The position numbers and the translations under genes were made by a program. A stretch of DNA of 52,434 bases from Bacteroidales bacterium (GTDB lineage Bacteria; Bacteroidota; Bacteroidia; Bacteroidales; ML635J-15): positions 1 through 52,434 of the forward strand of contig JALOAQ010000002.1 of the NCBI GenBank assembly GCA_023228725.1, read 5' to 3'. The notes under the pieces are model-generated. The model was not told the origin of the DNA and searched no databases. It saw only the letters and a program-made list of their open reading frames with translations. Within the stretch, counting starts at the first letter, position 1. Each line of letters starts with the position of its first letter. Of this stretch, positions 29,001-34,495 are shown one piece after another.

Positions 29001-29064
29001 TAAAGGTAAACAACAACCAACTTCAAGACAAGAAAACTTAATGAATGATTTTAAAGTGTGGTAA
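26041..29064 (+). CDS. Exported WD40-repeat / caspase-like (peptidase C14) multidomain protein
   Basis: Signal peptide MKKIIYIILLVLLSSFNLKSQ. WD40 repeats (GHSGDVLFVEWDPSSRYLAS, AHFANINHLAFSPNNKYLAVASSDRSISVWQ, AHNGKINDICFSPNSQVIASAGSDNKA, GHRGYINDFE...SAEDASMNVWD). C-terminal caspase dyad VHIAGHG (around 28488) and LLLMDACHSGE (around 28640). Confidence 0.85.
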   Translation: MKKIIYIILLVLLSSFNLKSQTIIPVVQAGHSGDVLFVEWDPSSRYLASIDSNNELVINDLISGKLFYSIKVQSNENLIALNFKSERNLYIYTQTEVYRFDMLDLKLEKSDGQYSIRPKTDDLQIKGPRIKKGKYTLYNRDTYTDFTYSTISKDENIVVAGDEKGGLYFCNKKLKIKNYTKAHFANINHLAFSPNNKYLAVASSDRSISVWQIPSNNLEKRIIPRSFNITSLKSFNDSDLLAFGDELGFVYLLKFENDKITCEGINAHNGKINDICFSPNSQVIASAGSDNKAAIVDFENKKVLQYFALHPQAAKAKQTFNVKGIQERASNEEVRKNWFDENVYSVAISPDANNIAYSGGKWGVTNPVLKVSSISGLKINSPKEERKSKKINLGLNSKTNKHIFKQIIFTDNKEFIGLGEEKNNAVKFNLNITGYSEKESDKTENLLNTENQNNLLITELKSSKSENSNYLIKKDYSNGDVYTCKAYEIEREHNGKIIKFSGHRGYINDFEILKDKEYLISSAEDASMNVWDLSTGEILISIYVVDMGKLIFISPDNYYMATGDALTGMGFNFEGKVFPAEQFDLKFNRPDYILESFGYFDEDIIEVYHKAYEKRLSKLGFTEEMLEGKIDLPEIKIINANDISLKTNQEKCKLNIEMLDYNYILDRLNIYINDIPIYGTKGLSLLDKNSKLILKDVELTLSEGNNHIYVSCLNSKGVESLKQEINVFYDKLNKEKPNLYLISLAVSEYEQSQYNLRYTINDGNGFINLFKDSKSFNNVNVYSLHNKSCTRENVLALKDELMKSKVDDYVYVHIAGHGLLDDDLDFYFASVDIDFDNPSINGLKYDEIEGILDGIPARNKLLLMDACHSGEVDKDDDFAYNESDGKDTRGVTMFTNKNENKPKTGLQNSFELMRLLFADLKKGTGTVVISAASGSGYALEIDKIENGIFTYCLINGIKKRKADKNKDKNISVSELRNHIFEGVKELSKGKQQPTSRQENLMNDFKVW

Positions 29065-29070
29065 ATTAGT

Positions 29071-29108
29071 TGTCTTATCCTGAAATAGGTTTACACCATT
29101 ATTTGGTG
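29071..29108 (+). repeat. Repeat copy 1: TGTCTTATCCTGAAATAGGTTTACACCATTATTTGGTG (contains hairpin ACACCA-TTATT-TGGTGT)
   Basis: Direct comparison with the copies at 29357 and 29987. Confidence 0.7.
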
Positions 29109-29353
29109 TGGCTTCGTTAGGAAAAAAATATTTAATGAATAAAATTATACATATGGAAACTAAAAATGAAATAGACGAGTTAAAGCGTCTTCGAGCCGAG
29201 AACAAGGCATTGAAACAGGCATATGCAGAGTTATCTTTGCATCATAAATGCTCAAAGAAAGTTATAGAAGTAGCTGATGAACTTTTTGACTTGGACTTAA
29301 GAAAAAAGTACGAACAAGAGCTATCAGTTCACATCAAGGGGAAGAAAAAATAA
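29108..29353 (+). pseudogene. IS3-family OrfA-like fragment (coiled-coil C-terminal part only)
   Basis: ELKRLRAENKALKQAYAEL...KVIEVADELFDLDLRKKYEQE resembles the leucine-zipper tail of Bacteroidota IS3 OrfA proteins (from memory). There is no HTH part and no OrfB/DDE gene follows. Confidence 0.4.
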
Positions 29354-29356
29354 CTT

Positions 29357-29399
29357 TGTCTTGTCCGGAAATAGAATAGGTTTACACCATTATCTGGTG
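29357..29399 (+). repeat. Repeat copy 2: TGTCTTGTCCGGAAATAGAATAGGTTTACACCATTATCTGGTG
   Basis: Same element as at 29071, with a 5-nt internal duplication (AATAG) and a few substitutions. Confidence 0.7.
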
Positions 29400-29986
29400 A
29401 GGGAGTGGTGTCAATTATTTTCATTTGTTTATAATTTTAAATGAACGGACAAAGCAGTTTATCAATCTTTCTTCTCTGCTGAATTGCGACAGCGGTAAGG
29501 AAATTTCGATTATATATAGAAATAAGTTCAATTAGTAAATGCAACAAAATAAGAGATGCAAACACAAGTAATAATTTTTTTTCAAAGAAAGGATAGGAAT
29601 TTTTCACCTATCTCTTTCCTTGAATGGGTAAAGTTTATTATCTTGCCGCCTAAGTCTCCCAAAATAAGTTGCAGGATGAAACATTTAACCAAATAGCAAA
29701 GATAAAAAATATTCCTTTACAAAACTTTAATTCTATAATTTTTTAGACAGATCTAATAATAAAAAATATCTAAGTTTATTCTTATTTTCATTTCTCCAAA
29801 AACTCCGAGTTTTAAAACTCGAACCGATTTGAAGGCAAAAAATGAAACTTTATTTAAAAATTTACGTGTAATCTAAATGGGGTGTAAGTTTTAGCTTTTG
29901 CAAAAGCAAGAAAGTGGAGTTTTGGCGGGATTTTTGCCACTTGTTGCAAAAATCATGACAAAACAGGCGGAAAAAGAAGTTTTTTC

Positions 29987-30009
29987 ATATCCTGAAATAG
30001 ATTTACACC
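29987..30009 (+). repeat. Repeat copy 3 (truncated): ATATCCTGAAATAGATTTACACC
   Basis: Matches the core of copies 1 and 2 but lacks the hairpin's 3' half. Confidence 0.6.
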
Positions 30010-30196
30010 TTAAAAAAACAAAAAAACTTATAATAAAAAAACAAAATATATGACAAATCTGTTAACTTTTTTCAGATAGAGTCAGTGTCTAAAATTATTT
30101 AGGTTTTAAGTATTTTTTATTTATCAACAATAAAACAAAACTGTTAATTTATTGTTATACAAACAATTAAAAATATCAAATTTCTTTAATATATTG

Positions 30197-30548
30197 ATTA
30201 ACAATATTCTAATATATTAACAATTTATAGAAAAATAAAAATAATTTGTCGAAAACTTTTAATAAAATTAATTAGGAAAATCTAAATGAATATTGGATAA
30301 AAAATAGTTTAACAAAACAAAAAAACTTAGCATAAATTTTTAAAAAATAATTAACAAATTTATGCACAAAAAAAGATAAAAAATTAAAAATTTTAATGCT
30401 TTTAACTCTTATTAACAAGTGTGAATAAAAAAATTAAATGACTGAAAATCAAATAAAGTTTAAAAATTTCATTGTTTATAAAATTTAATAAGTGATATTT
30501 GCAAGTGTTTTTTTAAAAATATTAATAAATTTTGAACAGTATTAACAA
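30197..30548 (+). promoter_or_regulatory. Cluster of five exact ATTAACAA boxes in the AT-rich tract upstream of nadA
   Basis: Exact 8-mers at 30197, 30216, 30350, 30411 and 30541, all in the same orientation. The first two are 9-mers ATTAACAAT spaced 19 bp apart. There is a 7/8 copy at 30308. Confidence 0.4.
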
Positions 30549-30600
30549 ACATTAATAATAATCATATTTTATAAATTAATTAATAAAAATTAATATTATT

Positions 30601-31596
30601 ATGAATAAATCAGATTTAGAAAATTTTGGGTTTTTAAAAATTGATATTCCAAAAGACATAAATTTAGTTGAGGAAATTCAAAAATTAAAAAAGGAAAAAA
30701 ATGCTGTAATTTTGGGGCATTATTACATAGAGGGAGATTTACAAGATGTTTCTGATTATGTTGGCGATAGTTTACAATTGTCGCAACAAGCAGCAAAAAC
30801 TGATGCAGATATTATTGTTTTTCTTGGAGTTCATTTTATGGCTGAGACTGCAAAAATTTTATCTCCAAACAAAAAAGTTATAATTCCTGATTTAAAAGCT
30901 AGTTGCTCTTTGGCTGAGTCTTGCCCAGAAAATGATTTTGCAAAATTTATACAAGATAATCCAGGACATACAGTTATTTCTTATGTAAATACTACTGCCG
31001 CTATAAAGGCTTTAACCGATATTGTTGTTACTTCGTCAAATGCTAAACAAATTGTGGATAGTTTACCAAAAGACGAAAAAATTATTTTTGGTCCAGATAA
31101 AAATTTAGGAAATTATATAAACAGTATTACAGGTAGAAATATGCTTTTGTGGGATGGAGCTTGTCATGTTCATAAACAATTTGATTTAGAAGCAATTTTA
31201 AAAATAAAATCAGAAAATCCGGATGCCAAAATTATAGCACATCCTGAATGTGAAAGTCCTGTACTTGTTGTTTCAGAACATATTGGAAGTACATCCAGTT
31301 TATTAAAGTTTACACAAACAGATACATCAAAAAAGTTTATTGTTGCAACAGAATCAGGTATTTTGCACCAAATGATTAAAGCTAGTCCTGATAAAATTTT
31401 TATTCCTGCTCCTGCTCTTGATTCAACTTGTGCTTGTAATGATTGTAATTTTATGAAACTTAATACTATGGAAAAATTATATAATTGTTTAAAATATGAA
31501 TTGCCCGAAATTACTATAAATGAGCAGCTTAGACAAAAAGCAGAAAAATCAATTATAAAAATGTTAGAAATTTCTGAAAAGTTTGGAATAAAATAA
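30601..31596 (+). CDS. nadA: Quinolinate synthase
   Basis: About 330 aa with ILGHYY, GVHFMAETAKIL, the three-domain repeat architecture and conserved Cys residues (CSLAESC, CHVH, HPEC). Confidence 0.9.
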   Translation: MNKSDLENFGFLKIDIPKDINLVEEIQKLKKEKNAVILGHYYIEGDLQDVSDYVGDSLQLSQQAAKTDADIIVFLGVHFMAETAKILSPNKKVIIPDLKASCSLAESCPENDFAKFIQDNPGHTVISYVNTTAAIKALTDIVVTSSNAKQIVDSLPKDEKIIFGPDKNLGNYINSITGRNMLLWDGACHVHKQFDLEAILKIKSENPDAKIIAHPECESPVLVVSEHIGSTSSLLKFTQTDTSKKFIVATESGILHQMIKASPDKIFIPAPALDSTCACNDCNFMKLNTMEKLYNCLKYELPEITINEQLRQKAEKSIIKMLEISEKFGIK

Positions 31597-31632
31597 CTAA
31601 GTTTGCTTTTTATAAATCAAAATTTAAGTATT

Positions 31633-32385
31633 ATGAAAAAAATATTTTTTATTAGTTTATTTGTAAGTCTTGCTTTTACAAGTTTTAGCCAGTTTTATGC
31701 AGGAGCACATTTTGCTTATAATAGCACTTGGTTGATGAATAAGCAAGTTTTTGATGAAGGTCCAGAAATGGATATTGCTGTTTCTTTTGGAAATTATTTT
31801 GGTGTAATGGCAGGATATTATTTTACAGATCAACTTGGAGTTGAAATAAATATTAATCCGAATAAAATTGTTCAGAAATATAGAGGCGATTTTAAATTAT
31901 CGGGAACAGATGAAAGAGCTTATTATAATTCTTCAACTGTTTTAAATACAATTGATTATCCGGTTTTATTAAAAATAGGAAAAGATGCTTATTTTGAATT
32001 AGGTTGTATGTTTTCTTCTGTGTCTAAAGCAAGTTATAATAAAACATTTGATGAAGATTATTTCAATAATTTCAATGTTGCAATTTATAAAGATATTCCT
32101 TATTTTGATTTTTATGATATAGAAAATATGGATGTAAAAGCTGCTTTTAAAACTTTTGGAATTGGTGCAATTATTGGGTTTGGTGCTAATATAAATTTAT
32201 ATGAAGATGCTTTAAAACTAAATTTTGGTTTAAGATTTAATTATATTATTACCGACTTACAAGGAATTAATGCTTTAGGTTATAATAAAGCATATAGCCC
32301 TTGGGTTAGCGCAAAAGAATCTAAAGTATTTAAAACCAATCCTTTATATGGTGGTTTAAAAATAGGATTGCTTTACAATTTTTAA
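31633..32385 (+). CDS. Outer-membrane beta-barrel protein (OmpA-like beta-barrel / PorT-type family)
   Basis: Signal peptide MKKIFFISLFVSLAFTSFSQ, amphipathic strands, C-terminal GLKIGLLYNF ending in an aromatic residue. The ATG at 31633 is preferred over the TTG at 31603. Confidence 0.6.
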   Translation: MKKIFFISLFVSLAFTSFSQFYAGAHFAYNSTWLMNKQVFDEGPEMDIAVSFGNYFGVMAGYYFTDQLGVEININPNKIVQKYRGDFKLSGTDERAYYNSSTVLNTIDYPVLLKIGKDAYFELGCMFSSVSKASYNKTFDEDYFNNFNVAIYKDIPYFDFYDIENMDVKAAFKTFGIGAIIGFGANINLYEDALKLNFGLRFNYIITDLQGINALGYNKAYSPWVSAKESKVFKTNPLYGGLKIGLLYNF

Positions 32386-32409
32386 TAAATGATATTTTAA
32401 TTGAAAATT

Positions 32410-32440
32410 AAATGCCTGACTTTGTTGGGCATTTTTTATT
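32410..32440 (+). terminator. Rho-independent terminator
   Basis: Stem AAATGCC/GGCATTT with an 11-nt loop, followed by a T run. Confidence 0.55.
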
Positions 32441-32444
32441 TTTG
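32437..32444 (+). promoter_or_regulatory. -7 promoter box TATTTTTG for birA
   Basis: Exact TAnnTTTG match ending 4 nt before the ATG at 32449. Confidence 0.45.
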
Positions 32445-32448
32445 CAAA

Positions 32449-33171
32449 ATGAAAATTATAAAATTAGAAAAAATAAATTCTACTAATTTGTATGCTCAGG
32501 AATTATTAAATAAAAAACAAATTTCTGAAACTACTTTAATTTATACTAATTCTCAAATTAAAGGAAAAGGAATGGGTGAAAATTCATGGTATTCTGAAGA
32601 TTATAAAAATTTAATTTTTTCTTTATTAGTTTTTAATAAATTTAAAGCAATTGATCATTTTAAAATTAGTATTATAGTTTCTCTAAGTATTTTTGAATAT
32701 TTGAATTTAAAGGGTGTTTCAGCAAAAATAAAATGGCCTAATGATATTTATCTAAAATCTAAAAAAATCGCAGGAATACTTATTGAAAACTCAATTATGG
32801 GCGATTTTATTTCAAATTCAATAATAGGAATTGGATTAAATTTGAATCAAGAAAAATTTCCAAAAAATTTAACTAATGCTATTTCTTTAAAAAACGAAAC
32901 AAATATTGAGTATAATATTGAAGAAGAAACTTTTTTATTATCAAATATTATTATTAAAAATTTCGAAAAATATAAACTAAAAAGTTTTGAATTTCTTAGA
33001 GATTTATATTTAAAAAATCTATATAAATTTCAAGAAAAATGTTTATTTCAATCTAAATTCAGAAAATTTGAAGGAATAATTAAAGGAATTGATAATTTTG
33101 GTTATTTGCTTATTGAACTTAATGGAAATATTGAAAAATTTTATTTTAAAGAAATTGAATTTATAGATTAA
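32449..33171 (+). CDS. birA: Biotin--[acetyl-CoA-carboxylase] ligase (group I, no HTH)
   Basis: GKGMGENSWYS (GRGRxGRxW-type biotin loop) and KWPNDIY...KIAGILIE. The start is moved to the ATG at 32449 because the terminator and promoter lie inside the track ORF. Confidence 0.8.
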   Translation: MKIIKLEKINSTNLYAQELLNKKQISETTLIYTNSQIKGKGMGENSWYSEDYKNLIFSLLVFNKFKAIDHFKISIIVSLSIFEYLNLKGVSAKIKWPNDIYLKSKKIAGILIENSIMGDFISNSIIGIGLNLNQEKFPKNLTNAISLKNETNIEYNIEEETFLLSNIIIKNFEKYKLKSFEFLRDLYLKNLYKFQEKCLFQSKFRKFEGIIKGIDNFGYLLIELNGNIEKFYFKEIEFID

Positions 33172-33173
33172 TT

Positions 33174-33896
33174 TTATTTAAATAATAAGCTGTCAATTCC
33201 AAAAACATATTTTTCAAAAATATTTAATTCTTTTGCAAATTCGCTACCTTGAAAATCTTTAATATCTTCATAAGATATTTGTTTTTTATATTCTTCTAAA
33301 TAAAATTTAGCTACAGGCAAATAAGTCCAATGCCATTTTTCTTCATAATAACCAATATATGGTTTATTTGTATATACTTGATAAAATCCAAAATTATTAG
33401 CGTTTTCGCAAAGCCAATTATAAGCTTTTATTCCTTCATTTGTTTCAAAATAACTTAATTGCGTACTTAATAAATCTATATCTGTTCCCCAATGATGTCT
33501 TGAACTTCCGGGCATTGCAGAATATTTTAAAATTTTTAGAATTACATCAATTTTATTTTGACTTTCATAAAATTTATTATTCCAAATCCATTTTTGAGAA
33601 TCAAAACTTCTAAACGCAGACACTATTTTTAGATTAATTCCTTGTTTTTCTGCTTCTTGATACATTTTAAGATAATGTGGTAAAACATCTTTATGAATAT
33701 ATTCCGTTCTTTTTAAACATAATTTTTGTGGTATCTTTAAAAACATAGTATCTTCATGAGCTTTTACTTTGCCTAATAGATAATTTTTATCAATATTTGA
33801 ATATTGATTTTCTTTATTTTCTATTTTTTCATTATCTTTAAGAAAAAATGAAATTATAGTGGAAAAAATTATAAGGAAAACAATTGATTTACTCAT
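33174..33896 (-). CDS. M15-family (VanY-like) D-Ala-D-Ala carboxypeptidase/metallopeptidase
   Basis: Signal/anchor at the N-terminus. SAFRSFDSQ and SRHHWGTDIDL zinc-binding motifs. Confidence 0.7.
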   Translation of the reverse strand: MSKSIVFLIIFSTIISFFLKDNEKIENKENQYSNIDKNYLLGKVKAHEDTMFLKIPQKLCLKRTEYIHKDVLPHYLKMYQEAEKQGINLKIVSAFRSFDSQKWIWNNKFYESQNKIDVILKILKYSAMPGSSRHHWGTDIDLLSTQLSYFETNEGIKAYNWLCENANNFGFYQVYTNKPYIGYYEEKWHWTYLPVAKFYLEEYKKQISYEDIKDFQGSEFAKELNIFEKYVFGIDSLLFK

Positions 33897-33899
33897 ATT

Positions 33900-34349
33900 T
33901 TAAATTTGGTCTTCAGCATACCATTCAGCAAATGAACTCGCTGTTTCGTTAAGTTTTAGGCTAAAAAGTTTTATATTTTCAGGTAATAAATTTTGAATAA
34001 TTTCTGCAAAATGTATAAGCATATTTTCAGCAGTAGGTTGAAAATCAAACATATGTAATCTTTCAAAAATAGGATTATCGCTTTTAAAAAAATATACGTC
34101 TTCCCAATGACTTAATAAAACACTGTGATCAAATTTATCAATGATATTTTCTTTGATTATATTTTTCAAAACACCAAAATCCATTAACATTCCAAGTTTT
34201 GGAGAGTCCGGATCAGAATTTGGTTCACCGATAATTGTTACGGCTAATTTATAAGAATGCCCGTGAATATTACGGCATAGACCGTCATAATTATGCAAAG
34301 CATGAGCTGCTTCAAATTCAAAAAGTTTTGTTAATCTAATTTTCGTCAT
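33900..34349 (-). CDS. queD: 6-carboxy-5,6,7,8-tetrahydropterin synthase
   Basis: FEFEAAHAL...CRNIHGHSYKL, typical of the PTPS/QueD family. 149 aa. Confidence 0.85.
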   Translation of the reverse strand: MTKIRLTKLFEFEAAHALHNYDGLCRNIHGHSYKLAVTIIGEPNSDPDSPKLGMLMDFGVLKNIIKENIIDKFDHSVLLSHWEDVYFFKSDNPIFERLHMFDFQPTAENMLIHFAEIIQNLLPENIKLFSLKLNETASSFAEWYAEDQI

Positions 34350-34495
34350 TTCTTTTTATTATTTAACAAAAATAGCAAAAAAAATGTTTAGAATGGATTA
34401 TTTGTAAAATATTTTTAGAAGATATTGTTTTCTTAATATTTCTAATTTTTCCCACATAATTTTATTTTATAAATATAGCTAAATTGATTAAGATA

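Larger units (their letters stand above)
29071..30009. mobile_element. Decayed insertion-sequence debris (no intact transposase)
   Basis: Contains an IS3-OrfA-like fragment (29108-29353) and short stop-interrupted minus-strand frames at 29400-29690. Three copies of one terminal-like repeat bound and subdivide the region. Confidence 0.35.

Noticed and set aside
30010-30600. Chromosomal replication origin (AT-rich tract with TTATCAACA at 30121 resembling a DnaA box)
   Set aside because: There is only one near-consensus DnaA box, with a mismatch at a conserved C. There is no cluster of TTATCCACA-like boxes in either orientation and no dnaA/dnaN or other origin-linked genes nearby. The repeated motif ATTAACAA is not a DnaA box.
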